The position numbers and the translations under genes were made by a program. DNA of 64,000 nucleotides from an uncultured delta proteobacterium (GTDB lineage: Bacteria > Myxococcota_A > UBA9160 > UBA4427): assembly GCA_963822965.1 (NCBI GenBank), contig CAWGJT010000005.1, forward strand, positions 1,696,001 through 1,760,000, written 5' to 3'. Below the pieces are notes generated by a model. That model was not told where the DNA came from, did no database searches, and saw only the letters and a program-made list of their open reading frames with translations. Shown piece by piece: positions 10,190-25,018 of this stretch. Position 1 is the stretch's first letter. Each line of letters begins with the position of its first letter.

Positions 10190-10330
10190 CCGCGCGGCCT
10201 TCGCCGAGACGAGCGAATTGACGAGCAGGATGGCGACGCGGCGATCCTTCTCCGGCAGCGACGGCACCGGCGAGAGCTTCTTCCACAGGCGCCGCACCTC
10301 GGGGTCTTCCTTCGACCGGGCCGTCTTCAG
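10190..10330 (-). pseudogene. Remnant C-terminus of an XRE-type regulator
   Basis: EDPEVRRLWKKLSPVPSLPEKDRRVAILLVNSLVSAK; HTH part absent. Confidence 0.4.
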
Positions 10331-10426
10331 CGGGGTGTGGAGCGTGGGCGCGGAGCCGCCTTGTTCATGCTTTTCACCTGGCGGGAAGCCGGGCGCCGCC
10401 GGAACGCGCTCGCTCCGCTCGCCCCG

Positions 10427-11980
10427 TCAGTTCAGGAAGTCGGCCGCGCGACCCGCCAGGTCCAGGGCCTTCAGGCCGGTGCCGAAGGGATCGGCCTGGG
10501 CGAAGAAGGCGAGGTAGAGGATGGCGGCGGCGCACACCGCCAGCACCAGCAGCTCGCTCGAGGAGGTCTCGGCCAGGGGCCGCGTGCGCGGCTCCCGCAT
10601 GTACATGGCGATGGGGAGCCGCAGGTAGTAGAAGATGGAGACGACGCTCATGGCCACGCCCACCAGCACGAGGCCGAGCCGGTCGGCGTTCACCGCCGCC
10701 ACGAAGAGGTAGAACTTGGCCATGAAGCCGGCGGTGCCGGGGATGCCCGCCAGGGAGAGCATGAAGAGCGTCATCGCGGCCGACAGCGCGGGTCGCGCTC
10801 GAAGCCAGCCCCGAGAAGTCGTCGAAGGTCTCCCACTCGCGGCCGCCCCGGGCCAATGCCGTCACCACGCAGAAGGCGCCGAGGGTCATGAAGACGTACA
10901 CGAGCAGGTAGAAGAGGAGCGCCGTCCAGGCCTCGGGGGTGCCCGCCGCGAAGGCCGACCAGCAGGTAGCCGGCGTGGGAGATGCTCGAGTAGGCGAGCA
11001 TGCGCTTCACGTTCGTCTGGATGATCGCCATGACGTTGCCCACGACCATCGTGAGCGCGGCGAACACCTGCATGAGCAGGGCGATGCGGCCGCCCATCTC
11101 GGGCAGCGCCAGCGCGAGGAAACGCAGCAGCGCCACGAAGGCCGCCGTCTTCACGGTGACGGCCATGAAGGCCGTGACCGAGGTCGGTGCCCCTTCGTAG
11201 ACGTCCGGCGCCCACTGGTGGAAGGGCACCGCGGCGACCTTGAAGGCCAGCCCGACGATCACCAGCGCCAGGCCCGTCACCGCCAGCGGGCCGCCCTGGC
11301 TGAAGCCCAGGCTCACGCCCACGAAGTCGGTGTGCCCCGTCGCGCCGTAGAGCAGCGCCATCCCGTAGAGCAGGATGGCGCTCGTGAAGCTCCCCATCAG
11401 GAAGTACTTGAGCGCCGACTCGTTGCTGCGCAGCTTGCTGCGGTCGAAGCCCGCCAGCGCGTAGATGGGCAGGCTCATCAGCTCGAAGCCCAGGAAGAGC
11501 GCGCATCAGGTCCACGGCCGAGACCAGCACGAACATGCCCGCGGTGGAGAGCAGCAGCAGCGCGTAGTACTCGCCGTGCTGGATGTGCATGGCGGGCAGA
11601 TAGGTGATCGAGAGCCACACGGAGAGCAGGGCCGCGATCCCGACGAGCGCGATGCCGAAGCTCGAGAGGGCGTCGAGCTGCAGCATCGGGCGGTTCGAGG
11701 TTGAAGGGCGACTGCACGCCCGTGAAGAACATGTAGGCGGCGGCGTAGATGGCGAGCACCAGGCTCACGCTGGCGACGATCGCCAGGACGACCCCGAGCC
11801 GCGAGCTGCCCGGCGACCTGCACGGCGTCGTCGCCCGGCGGCACGCCGTCGGCCCGCGCGCGCGGCGTGAGCACCACCTCCAGCAGCAGCACCAGCATCG
11901 CGCCCAGCGAGACGAAGCCCATCGGGGCAATCACCTGGAAGTCGAGCGACGAGGCGAGCGAGGGCACGAGGTCGGTCACC
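10427..11980 (-). CDS. nuoN: NADH-quinone oxidoreductase subunit N (frameshifts)
   Basis: ESALKYFLMGS, FKVAAVPFHQWAPDVYEGAPT, NVKRMLAYSSISHAGY, SLAGIPGTAGFMAK. Confidence 0.95.
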
Positions 11981-13648
11981 GCTCCTCCTGCTCGGGCGCC
12001 ATCGACAGTCGGCGCAGCTCGGACCGCTCGGCGTCCAGATCGGGGCCGTGCAGCTGCCGCAGCTCCATTTCCTGCAGCAGCACGCTCACCGACGGCTCGA
12101 TGCGCCGCAGCAACGGATCCGGGTGGACGCCGATCCAGATGATGGGGATCACCAGCAGCACGAGCGCCGTGCGCTCGCGCCAGTCGAGGTCGATCAGTCC
12201 CCGGTTCTCGGGCTTGTCGAGCGGGTCCGAAGAGCACGCGCCGCACCATCCACAGCATGTAGGCGGCGGCCAGCACCACCCCGAAGGTCGGCCGCCACCG
12301 CCACCCAGCGGTCGGCCCCGAACGTGCCCAGCAGGATCAGGAACTCGCCCACGAAGCCGTTCAGGGAGGGCAGCCCGATGCTCGACCATGGCGACCAGCA
12401 CCGAAGAATGCGGCGAAGACCGGCATCGGCCGGGCGAGACCGCCGAAGTCCGCGATCTGCCGCGTGTGGCGCCGCGAGTAGATGAAGCCCACCAGCACGA
12501 AGAGGGCGCCCGTCGACGAGGCCGTGGTTCACCATCTGCAGCACCGATCCGGTCAGGCCCTGCAGGTTCAGCGCGAAGATGCCGAGCATCACGAAGCCCA
12601 GGTGGGCCACCGACGAGTAGGCGACGAGCTTCTTCACGTCGCGCTGCACCATCGCGACGAGCGACCCGTAGAGGATGCCCGCCAGCGCCAGCGCGAACAT
12701 CCACGGCACCGCCTCGCGGGACGCGACGGGGAAGAGCGGCAGCGCGAATCGCAGGAAGCCGTAGGCGCCCATCTTCAGCAGCACCCCGGCCAGGATCACC
12801 GAGCCGCCCGTCGGCGCCTCGACGTGGGCGTCGGGCAGCCAGGTGTGGAGCGGCACCATCGGCACCTTGACGCCGAACGCGATCGCGAAGGCCGCGAAGA
12901 GCCAGGTCTGCGTCTGCCACCAGGGGACGCCGTCCGCGGCGGTCACCGGGATGATGGTCTCGAGCAGGGGAATGCCGCCGGTCTCCGAGCCCGGAAGCGC
13001 CACCAGGTCGAAGGTGGGAATGCCGCCCTGCTCGAAGTTCAGCCGATGGACGACGATCATCGCCACCAGCATCAGCAGCGAGCCGGCCAGGGTGAAGAGG
13101 AAGAACTTCGTGGCCGCGTAGATGCGCCGCGGTCCGCCCCAGATGCCGATGATGAAGTACATCGGCACGAGCATGATCTCCCACAGCACGTAGAACTGGA
13201 AGAGGTTCAGCGACACGAAGGTGCCGAGCATGGCCGTCTCGAGGGCCAGCAGGAGGAACATGTAGCTGCGGAACGAGCGGTCGATGTCCTTCCACGACGC
13301 GAGCACGACGATGGGGATCAGGAACGAGGTGAGCAGCACCAGCACCAGGCTGATGCCGTCGATGCCGACGAAGTAGTGGATGCCGTACTCGGGCAGCCAG
13401 CTCACGTGCTCCACCAGCTGGTAGCCCGTCTCTTCGGGGTCGAAGCGTCCCCACAGGCCGAAGACGGAGATGACGAAGGTGAGGGTCGTCGCCGCCAGCG
13501 TGGTCACCTGCCAGACGATGGCGGGCAGCCCCTGGGACCGCAGCAGGAAGCCGGTGAAGGCGCTCACCGCGAGCAGCAGCAACGCGGACAGCAGCGGCAG
13601 GAACACCACCCAGCTGATCAGATGCGCGTCGACGAAGTGGCCGAGCAT
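11976..13648 (-). CDS. nuoM: NADH-quinone oxidoreductase subunit M (frameshifts)
   Basis: [59 protein letters not shown]. Confidence 0.95.
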
Positions 13649-13652
13649 GGCG

Positions 13653-15727
<2,075 letters not shown>

Positions 15728-15757
15728 GCGCTGCGGGTCGGGCGCCCCGGGGCGTGC

Positions 15758-16084
15758 CTACCATCGCAGCAGGCTCGCGTCGTCCACGTTCAGGCTGTCG
15801 CGGTTGCGGATGAGCGACAGCAGGATGCCCAGGCCGATCGCCACCTCCGCGGCGGCGACGGCGATCACCATCAGCACGAAGACCTGCCCGTCGAGGCGCG
15901 CAGCACCGTCGGCGCCGACGGCCCATACGCGGTTGAAGCCGACGAGCGCCAGGTTGACGGCGTTGAGCATCAGCTCGATCGACATCAGGATCACGATGAC
16001 GTTGCGGCGCGAGAGCGCGCCCACCGCGCCGATGCCGAAGAGGGCCGCGGAGAGGCCGATCACGTGCTCGATGGGGATGCTCAA
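15758..16084 (-). CDS. nuoK: NADH-quinone oxidoreductase subunit K
   Basis: [20 protein letters not shown]...[10 protein letters not shown]. Confidence 0.95.
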   Translation of the reverse strand: MSIPIEHVIGLSAALFGIGAVGALSRRNVIVILMSIELMLNAVNLALVGFNRVWAVGADGAARLDGQVFVLMVIAVAAAEVAIGLGILLSLIRNRDSLNVDDASLLRW

Positions 16085-16597
16085 TCGATCCTCCGCTTCG
16101 CGAGGATGACGGCGCCGACGATGGCGGCCAGCAGGATCAGCGCCACCAGCTCGACGGCCAGCACGTAGTCGCCGTACAGCGCGAGGCCCAGCTCGCGATA
16201 CGTGCCGAAGCCCGGCGGCGGGCGGACCGGCCACCGGGAAGGCGACGACCCGCCACAGACCGGCGAAGAGCAGCAGCCCGACCCCGACGGACCCACCCAC
16301 GCCGAGCAGCTTGAGGATGCGCTGACCCGCGGGCGCCGCCGGAAATCCCCCGTCCCGCAGGTTCAGCAGCATGATCACGAACAGGAAGAGCACCAGGATG
16401 GCGCCCGCGTAGACCATGATCTGGATCGCGGCGACGAGCTCGGCGTGGAGCAGCACGTAGATCCCCGCCAGCGAGATCATCGTGACCACCAGGCTCATGG
16501 CGCCGGCCACCACGTGGCGGACGAAGCCGACCATGGCGACGGCCGAGAAGAGCGCCAGGGCGGCGAAGGCGTAGAAGAGTACGAGCTCGAGATTCAC
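16081..16597 (-). CDS. nuoJ: NADH-quinone oxidoreductase subunit J (frameshift)
   Basis: [22 protein letters not shown]...[13 protein letters not shown]. Confidence 0.95.
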
Positions 16598-17751
16598 CGC
16601 GTCGCGACCTCCCCGAGCACGAGCATCACCCCGGCGGTCGCGAAGATGTTCACCACCGAGAGCGGCAGGATCACCTTCCAGCACAGGTCCATCACCTGGT
16701 CGTAGCGGAAGCGCGGGAACGACCAGCGGATGAGCATCTGGAGCCAGACCATCACCACCACCTTCGTGAAGAAGCAGCCCACGTGCAGGAGCATGCAGAC
16801 GACCGTCGCGAAGCCGGTTCCGAACCAGGAGCCGATCGCGTGGATGATCGTCGCCTGCGACAGGTAGGGAATGCTCCAGCCGCCCAGGAAGAGCGCGGTG
16901 CACAGGCCGGCGATGATCACCACCTCGATGAACTCCGACATGTAGAAGAGCCCGAAGCGCATGCCCGAGTACTCGGTGAAGTAGCCGGCCACGAGCTCGG
17001 ACTCGCTCTCGGGCAGGTCGAACGGCGGGCGCTTGTTCTCGGCCATGATGCAGGTGAGGAACATCAGGAAGCCCAGGGGCTGCAGAAAGATTCCCCAGTT
17101 CGGCAGGCGCACCAGGTCGAGCCACGGCGGCAGGGATCCGAGGCCGGGAAAGAGCTCGAGGAAGCCCAGCACCCGGAAGGTCGTGTCCTGGGCGACACCC
17201 ATGTCGGTGAGCTTCAGGGTGCCGAACACCATGAAGACGCCCACCAGGGAGAGCCCCATGGTGACCTCGTAGGAGATCATCTGGGCGGTGCTGCGCACGC
17301 CGCCGAGCAGCGACCAGTTGCTGTTGCTCGACCAGCCCGCCAGCACGGCGCCGTAGGTGGCGAGGGAGCCGATGGCGAGCACGTAGAGCACGCCCCAGTC
17401 GATGTCGGCCGCCACCAGCGAGACGCGGCTGCCGTCGATCTCGTAGACGCCCCCGTACGGAATGACCGCGAAGGCGACCAGCGCCGGAATCGCCGCAATC
17501 ATCGGCGCGATGGTGTGCAGGACGCGGTTGGCGCCGGTCGGCACCACGTCCTCCTTCGTGAGCAGCTTGAAGACGTCCGCCAGGGGGTGCAGCAGCCCGA
17601 GGAAGGTCATGCCGGCGATGTCGGCGCGGTTCGCGCCGATGCGGTCCTGCATGACGGCGCTCTGCTTGCGCTCCACCCAGGTGATGACCGGCGCGAACAG
17701 CATGATCACGACCACCAGGATGAAGAGGGTCTTGACGACGACGAGGGTCAT
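16594..17751 (-). CDS. nuoH: NADH-quinone oxidoreductase subunit H
   Basis: [62 protein letters not shown]. Confidence 0.95.
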   Translation of the reverse strand: MTLVVVKTLFILVVVIMLFAPVITWVERKQSAVMQDRIGANRADIAGMTFLGLLHPLADVFKLLTKEDVVPTGANRVLHTIAPMIAAIPALVAFAVIPYGGVYEIDGSRVSLVAADIDWGVLYVLAIGSLATYGAVLAGWSSNSNWSLLGGVRSTAQMISYEVTMGLSLVGVFMVFGTLKLTDMGVAQDTTFRVLGFLELFPGLGSLPPWLDLVRLPNWGIFLQPLGFLMFLTCIMAENKRPPFDLPESESELVAGYFTEYSGMRFGLFYMSEFIEVVIIAGLCTALFLGGWSIPYLSQATIIHAIGSWFGTGFATVVCMLLHVGCFFTKVVVMVWLQMLIRWSFPRFRYDQVMDLCWKVILPLSVVNIFATAGVMLVLGEVATR

Positions 17752-19330
17752 TCGGGGTCGCCCGTCCCGGTCGGGGGCGGCTCGGCGCCGGACCCTTCGA
17801 AGCCCGGCAGCGCGAGCGCGGCGCCGATGCGGGTGAGGAAGTCGCCCTCGTCGAGCACGTCCGGCGCCGGGGTGACCGCGCGCTCGACGTGCTGCACGAT
17901 GCCGTCGCAGTTCGTGTAGTGGGCCTCCTTCTCGGCGGCGTGGCGCACCGGAAGCAGCGACGTGCGCCACCCGCTCGAGCGCCGAGCGGTGCGTGTCGAG
18001 GACGATCAGCAGCTCGAGACCCTCGAGGGCCTCCGTGCCGCCGAGGGTGTCCACGAGGTCGTGTCCCAGGACGATCAGCCCCGCGAGACCGCCGCCTCGC
18101 AGGGCGCTCGACGACGGGCTCCACCGGCCCGAAGCCCAGGGCCCGGGCGCCCTTCGGCATTCGCCGCCTTCTCGGCCGTGAGCAGCAGGTCGTCCGCCGG
18201 CGCCGGTCAGCAGCGGCGAAGCCGCGTGAGCTCGATGCCGAGGGCGTCGAGGAAGCGCCGGAAGACCGCCAGGTCCTCGTTGCTGGCGTGCGCCGAGGCC
18301 ACCCCCGCGAGCGCGCCCGGCCCCCGGGCTTCCAGCAGCCGCGCGCAGCCGCTCGGCCGCCGACGCCACGGCGTCGTCGACCGACTGTCTCGGCCAGCCC
18401 GCCGTCCTCGCGCACCAGGCAGCGCGAGAGCCGGTCCGGGCCGGCGATGCGCCTTGTAGGTGAGGCGGCCGAAGTCGCACATCCAGGTGCTCGTTCACGG
18501 CGTCGTTGCGGCGCGGCACGTAGCGCTAGCACCTCGTTCTTGGCGACGCCCAGGTGGACGTTGCAGCCGCCGCGAGCAGCCGGTGCAGATGCCGGCCTTG
18601 TCGTCCAGGAACCAGACGCGGATCTTGAAGCGGAAGTCCTTGGTGGTGAGCGCGCCGACCGGGCAGATGTCCGCCACGTTCATCGAGTAGTCGTTCTCGA
18701 GCGGCGTGCCGGGGAAGGTCTCGAGCATCGAGTGGTCGCCCCGACCGAAGACCCCGAGCTCGCCGGTCTGGGTCACCTCGCGGCAGAAGCGCACGCAGCG
18801 CCGGCACAGGATGCAGCGCTCCTGGTCGAAGACGATGGTCGGGCCCGAGGTCGACGCGCTTCTTGGCCGCGCGCCGGGGCTCGCGGGTGCGCGCGTGCGG
18901 GCAGCCCGTAGTCGACCGCGTAGTCCTGCAGCTTGCACTCGCCGGCCTGGTCGCAGATGGGGCAGTCGAGCGGGTGGTTGACGAGCAGCAGCTCCATCAC
19001 GCCCTCGCGGGCCGCCTTCACGCGGTCGCTCTTCGTGCACGATCACCATGCCGTCGGCGACCGGCGTGTTGCAGGCGATCTGCAGCTTCGGCTGGGGCTT
19101 GCCGTCCTGTCGAGCACCTCCACCTGGCACAGCCGGCACGAGCCGTCGATGCTGAGCTTCGGGTGCCAGCAGTAGTGGGGGATGTCGACGCCCCCGGCTT
19201 CATCAGCACGCCGCACGTCGTCGAGGGCCTGCAGGATCGTGCGGCCCGCCGGGACCCGGTAGTCCACGTCGTCCACCCGGATGCGCACTTCCTCGGCCGC
19301 CGTCACGCGCTTCGTCGTCGCGAGCTTCAC
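17748..19330 (-). CDS. nuoG: NADH-quinone oxidoreductase subunit G, short form (frameshifts)
   Basis: [57 protein letters not shown]. Confidence 0.9.
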
Positions 19331-20637
19331 AGCTCGAAGCTCCGGGGGAAGGGGCATCGTCCCTCGCTGATGTGGCTGTGGAAGTCCTGGGCGAAGTGGC
19401 GCAGCAGGCCCTGCACGGGCCAGGCGGCGGCGTCCGCGAAGGCGCAGATCGTCTGGCCCTCCATCTTGCCGGCAGACGTCCTTCAGGATCGCCATGTCCT
19501 CCATCGAGCCCGGCCCCGCGCTCGATGCGCTCCACGATGCGGTTGAGCCAGCCCGTGCCCTCCCGGCACTGGGTGCACTGGCCGCAGCTCTCGTCCCGGA
19601 AGAAGTGGGTGATGACGCAGGCCGTCCGCACCATGCAGGTGGTGTCGTCCATGACGATGACGCCGCCCGTGCCGAGCATGAGCTGTCGCGCTCGCGCAGG
19701 AACTCGTTCGCCATGGGCACGTCGAGCTGTCCCGCCGGCAGTACCGGCATGGAGACGCCGCCCGGGATCACGCCCTTCACCTTGCGGCCCGGCGGCGCGC
19801 CGCCGGCGTGCTGGAAGACGATCTCGTCGAGCGGCGTGCCCAGCGGCAGCTCGAAGAGGCCCGGGCGCACCACGTGCCCGGAGACGCCGAAGATCGTGGT
19901 GCCGGGGCTCTCCTTCGGTGCCGAAGCCGCGGAACCAGTCGGCGCCCTTCTCCAGGATGTGCGGCACGTGGCACAGGGTCTCGACGTTGTTCACGGTGGT
20001 GGGCATGCCGAAGGCGCCGTACTGCCGCGGGGAAGGGCGGCTTCTTGCGCGGCTGGCCCTTGTGCCCCCGAGCGACTCCAGCAGGCCCGTCTCCTCGCCG
20101 CAGATGTAGGCGCCGGCGCCCCGCACGAGCACGACGTCGTGGGCGAACTTGCTGCCCAGCACCTTCTTGCCCAGCACGCGGCCCTTGCGGGCCTCGTCGA
20201 TGGCGCGCTCCAGCATCGCGCGCCGCCTGGCCGTACTCGCCGCGGACGTAGACGAAGGTCTTCTCGGCGCGGATCGCGAAGGCGGCGATCAGGATGCCCT
20301 CGAGCAGCAGGTGCGGCGCCGCGCTCGAGCAGCAGGCGGTCCTTGAAGGAGCCGGGCTCGGACTCGTCCGCGTTGCAGACCAGGTAGCTTGGGGCGCCTC
20401 GCGCGAGCTCCTCGGGCATGAACGACCACTTGAGCCCGGTCACGAAGCCCGCGCCGCCGCGGCCCGCGGAGGCCGGACTCCTTGACCAGCTCGATCACGT
20501 CGCCGGGCGACATGCTCGAGACGACGCGCTTGGCGGTCGCGTAGCCCCCGCGCGCCCGGTAGCCCTCGAGCGTCCCGTAGGCGTCGTCGCCGCAAGTGCT
20601 CGGTGAGGTAGCCGGTGACGAAGGGAGCGCTCTGCAT
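19327..20637 (-). CDS. nuoF: NADH-quinone oxidoreductase subunit F (frameshifts)
   Basis: [54 protein letters not shown]. Confidence 0.95.
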
Positions 20638-20647
20638 CGCGGCTCCC

Positions 20648-21121
20648 CTACTCGAGCGCGTCGATCACGGCCCGGGCCGCGTCGAGATCGAGGTTCTCGT
20701 AGTAGCTCTCGCCGATGCGCATCATCGGGCGCGTACGCGCAGGCCCCGAGGCACTCCTCGCGGCCCAGGTGGATGCGCCCGTCGGCGGTCGTCTCGCCCG
20801 CCCGCACCCCGAGGTGCGACTCGAGCTGCCGCAGCAGGCCGTTCGCGCCCAGCAGCGAGCAGGACAGGTTCGTGCAGACGTACACCTGGTGCCGCCCCTG
20901 CGGCGCGTCGCGCAGCATGTTGTAGAAGTGGACGAGCTCCATCACCTCGACGGGAGCGATCTCGAAGATCTCGCGCCAGCTCGCGTGCCGCTCTCGAGCG
21001 AGACGCAGCCCAGCTCGTCCTGCACGCAGGCGCAGGGCGCGCCAGCAGGCCGCCGCGTCGTCTGCGGGAAGCGCGCGATCTCCGCGTCGATCCGCTCTCG
21101 CAGCGTCTCGGAGATCACCAT
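20648..21121 (-). CDS. nuoE: NADH-quinone oxidoreductase subunit E (frameshifts)
   Basis: VYVCTNLSCSLLGA...EECLGACAYAP. Confidence 0.9.
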
Positions 21122-21489
21122 TCGAGGGCGCCCTTCCTCCACTCGTAGACGAGGCCGACGACCAGGGGCAGGGTGAAGACGCCGATCGCGACGAGGCCCG
21201 GCAGCCCCGTCTCCCGGAACGTGGCGCCCCACGGATAGAAGAAGATGGCCTCGACGTCGAAGACCACGAAGAGGATCGCCACCAGGTAGAACTTCACCGC
21301 CATGCGCTGGCGGGGCGAGACGAGCTGCTCCTCGCCGCACTCGAAGGGCTCGAGCTTCTTCGGAAACGCCCGCCGCGGCCCGACGAAGAGATGGACCACC
21401 ATCATCCCAGCGGTGAGCAGCAGGGCGAAACCGAGCATCAGGAGGACGCCGATGTACTCGGAGAGCATGAGAGGCGGCGAATCTAGCAT
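21115..21489 (-). CDS. nuoA: NADH-quinone oxidoreductase subunit A
   Basis: KLEPFECG, KFYLVAILFVVFDVEAIFFYPW, YEWRKGALEW. Confidence 0.97.
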   Translation of the reverse strand: MLDSPPLMLSEYIGVLLMLGFALLLTAGMMVVHLFVGPRRAFPKKLEPFECGEEQLVSPRQRMAVKFYLVAILFVVFDVEAIFFYPWGATFRETGLPGLVAIGVFTLPLVVGLVYEWRKGALEW

Positions 21490-21536
21490 TTCCGCCGGGG
21501 TCTCGTGGCGTTCGGCCGGGCCCGGGACGCGGTAGA

Positions 21537-22559
21537 ATGCGGTTCGTGGGTCTGCCCGTCGCGGTCATCGGGGCCGGGAGCTTCGGCACGTGTCTCGCAC
21601 TGCTGTGCGGGCGGGAGAACGACGTGCGGCTGTGGAGCCGCAGCGCGGACGTGGCCGAGGCCATCAACCGCGAGCACCGCAACCCCCGATACCTGCGCGA
21701 GACCGTCCTGCCCCCGTCGGTGCGGGCCACCGTCGTCCCTGGAGGAGGCGCTGGCGCGGCAGCGAGATGGTCGATCTGCGCGGTGCCGAGCCACGGGGTG
21801 CGCGACGTGATGGCGCAGGCGGCGCCCTACCTCGTCGCCGGACTCGATCCTGGTCTCCGCCGTGAAGGGCCTCGAGTACGAGACCGGCATGACGATGCAC
21901 CAGGTGCTCGAGGACGTGCTGCCGGACGTCCACCACCCGCGCATCGTGTGCCTCTCCGGGCCCCTCGTTCGCCCACGAGATCGCCCGCCAGCTCCCGACG
22001 GTGGTCACCCTCGCCTGCCGCGAGGAGGCCTACGCGATCTCCGTGCAGGCCACGCTCTCGTGCCCGTGGTTCCGCTGCTACTCCAACACGCGACGTCATC
22101 GGGGTGGAGATCGGAGGCGCGCTCAAGAACGTGATCGCCATCGCCGTCGGGCATCGGCGACGGCATGCGGCAGGGCCACAACTCGCGCGCCGCGCTGATG
22201 ACCCGGGGCCTCGCGGAGATCACCCGCCTCGGCCTGCGACTGGGGGCAGAACGCTCCACCTTCCTCGGGCCTGGCGGGCATGGGCGACCTGCTGCTGACC
22301 TGCACGGGCGATCTGTCGCGCAACCGGCGGGTGGGCCTCGCCCTCGGCCAGGGGCGCGAGCTCGACGACATCCTGAAGGAGATGGGCGAGGTCGCCGAGG
22401 GCGTGCAGACCACCCGCGCGGTGTGCCGGCTGGCCGAGCGGCTGGACGTGGACATGCCGATCTCGAACATGGTCCGCGCAGGTGATCGACGGCGAGCGGA
22501 CTCCCGCCGAGGCGGGCCACCACCTGATGACCCGGCAGCTGCGGAGCGAGCGGGACTGA
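21537..22559 (+). CDS. gpsA: NAD(P)H-dependent glycerol-3-phosphate dehydrogenase (frameshifts)
   Basis: [56 protein letters not shown]. Confidence 0.95.
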
Positions 22560-22751
22560 GTGCCCGGCTCCCGCCGGCGGCCGTACCCGCGGCCCCGGCA
22601 GGGCCCTACGAGGCGCGAGGAAGAGGCGATCCCGAATAGAGAACGTGTTCCCATTAAGCCCTGCATTCCACGAGCTGGATTTCTCCTTTGAAACCGGTTA
22701 GCTGGGGGCTTGCCCCGGAGTCGATCCCCGCTAGGATTCCGCTGCCCTAAA

Positions 22752-22766
22752 TGAAAACGGATTTCA
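22752..22766. promoter_or_regulatory. Probable Fur-type iron box
   Basis: AT-rich 7-1-7 inverted repeat TGAAAAC-G-GATTTCA directly upstream of feoA in otherwise very GC-rich DNA. Confidence 0.6.
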
Positions 22767-22772
22767 ATTTCA

Positions 22773-23087
22773 GTGACCCAGTCCCATCCCCAAGCTTTCC
22801 GAGCCGCCGAGCTTCCCGAGCCGCCGCACACTCGCTCACCTCGACGAGCTGGCGCCCGGCCAGACGGCCACGGTCGTCTCGATCGACGACTCGGGGCCCG
22901 TCGGCCGGCGCCTGCTCGACCTGGGGCTGCTTCCCGGCACCCGCGTGCGATGCGCTCCGCTACGCGCCGCTGGGCGACCCGGGCGTCTTCGAGCTGCGGG
23001 GCTACCGACTCTGCCTGCGCCGCACCGAGACCGGCTCGCGTGCGCATCCGCGTCGACGCCCGGCACGAGCGATCGGGCGCCGCATGA
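22773..23087 (+). CDS. feoA: Ferrous iron transport protein A (frameshifts)
   Basis: RRLLDLGLLPGT..APLGDPGVFELRGYRLCLRR. Confidence 0.9.
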   Translation: MTQSHPQAFRAAELPEPPHTRSPRRAGARPDGHGRLDRRLGARRPAPARPGAASRHPRAMRSATRRWATRASSSCGATDSACAAPRPARVRIRVDARHERSGAA

Positions 23088-25009
23088 ACGCGAGCCCGCA
23101 CGCGCCCGCCCTGCGAGCCGGGCACCCCTGCGGCTCGGTCTCATCGGGAGCCCGAACGCGGGCAAGACCACCCTCTTCAACGCGCTCACCGGCCTGCGCG
23201 CGCGCGTCGGCAACTATCCCGGGGTCACCGTCGAGCGGCGCGAGGGCGAGCTCGACCTCGGCGGGCGACGCGCGATCGTGATCGACCTGCCCGGCACCTA
23301 CAGCCTCGACCCCATCAGCGCCGACGAGGCGGTGGTCGCGCGGGTGATCGAGCACCGCATCTCGGGCGTCGACGCGCCGGACGCCCTGGTGGTCGTCGCC
23401 GACGCCTGCTCGCTCGAGCGCTCGCTGATGCTGATCGGGCAGGTGATGCGCCCGCGGCCTGCCCACCTGCCTCGTGCTCACGATGGTGGACGAGCTGCAG
23501 GCCCGGGGCGGCGTCATCGACCACGCGCGGCTCGAGGCGCGCCCTCGGCATCCCGGTGGTCGAGGTGGTGGGCCACCGCGGGCGCGGCATCGACCGCCTG
23601 CGCGAGCTGCTCGCCGACCCCGAGCGCCTGGTCGCGGGCGCCGCATCCCGCCGCCCGCGCGACCCCTACGAGCGCGGCGGCCTGGGCGGACTCGATCGCC
23701 GCCCACGTGATCACCCGGCGCCCCGGGCCACAACCGCCTCACCGAGGCGGTCGACCGCTTCGTGCTGCACCCGCTCTGGGGCACGCTGCTCTTCGCGGTC
23801 GTCATGGTGACCTTCTTCCAGCTGATCTTCGCCTGGGCGGCGCCCGCCATGGACGCGATCGACGGCGCCATCGCGGCCGCGGCCGGCGCCATCCACGCGC
23901 GCCCTGCCCCACTCGCTGGTGGCCGACTTCCTGGCGCGACGGCCTGGTCGCCGGCGTCGGCTCGGTGGTGATCTTCCTGCCCCAGATCGTGCTGCTCTTC
24001 TCGCTTCTCTATCTGCTCGAGGACGTCGGCTACATGGCGCGCGCGGCCTTCGTGGTCGACCGCGTGATGGGCAGGATCGGCCTCGAGGGGCGCATCCTTC
24101 GTGGCGCTGCTCTCCTCCTACGCGTGCGCCGTCCCCGGCATCATGGCGACGCGCACGATCCCGTCGCCGCGCGACCGCCTGGTGACGATCCTGGTGGCGC
24201 CGCTCATGACCTGCTCGGCGCGGCTTCCCGTCTACGCGCTGCTGATCGGCGCCTTCGTGCCGGCCAGGCACGGTGCTGGGGCCCATCGGCCTGCAGGGGC
24301 TCGTGCTGCTCGGGCCTGTACCTGCTGGGCGCCGACGGTGGCCCTGCTGGTGGCCGCGCGTGCTCAAGCGCACGCTGCTGCCCGGCGAGGGGCTGCCCTT
24401 CACCATGGAGCTTCCGTCCTACCGCATGCCCGACCTTCTCGCTCTGGTTCAGCCAGGTGCTGGGGCAGCGCCCGGGCCTTCCTGCGGCGCGCGGGCACGA
24501 TCATCCTGGCGGCCTCGATCGTGCTGTGGCTGCTGCTGAACTTCCCGCACGTGCCCCGGCCCGACGGCGCCTCGGACGCCGAGGCCTCGCGCTACGCGCT
24601 CGAGCACAGCTACGCGGGCCGCGCCGGACACGCGATCGAGCCGCTGATCGAGCCCCTGGGATTCGACTGGAAGATCGGCGTCGGCCTGGTCGCGAGCCTC
24701 GCGGCACGCGAGGTGATCGTCGCCACCCTGGCCCAGATCTACGCCGCCGGCGACGAGGTGCGTTCCCTGCGCGGCGCCATCCGCGCGGACGTGCACCCGG
24801 ACACCGGGAAGCCGGTCTTCGGCCCCCCGACGGTGGCCGCGCTGCTGGTCTTCTTCGTCTTCGCGCTGCAGTGCATGTCGACCCTCGCCATCATGCGGCG
24901 GGAGACGAACTCCTGGCGCTGGCCGGCCTTCGCGTTCAGCTACATGCTGGTGCTGGCCTGGACCATGTCGTTCCTCGCCAACCGCGTCGTGTCCGCGATC
25001 GTGAGCTAG
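23084..25009 (+). CDS. feoB: Ferrous iron transporter B (frameshifts)
   Basis: GSPNAGKTTLFNALTG..VGNYPGVTVER, DLPGTYSL, GYMARAAF, MTCSARLPVY, AAREVIV, ALQCMST. Confidence 0.95.
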
Positions 25010-25018
25010 CGTGACGGC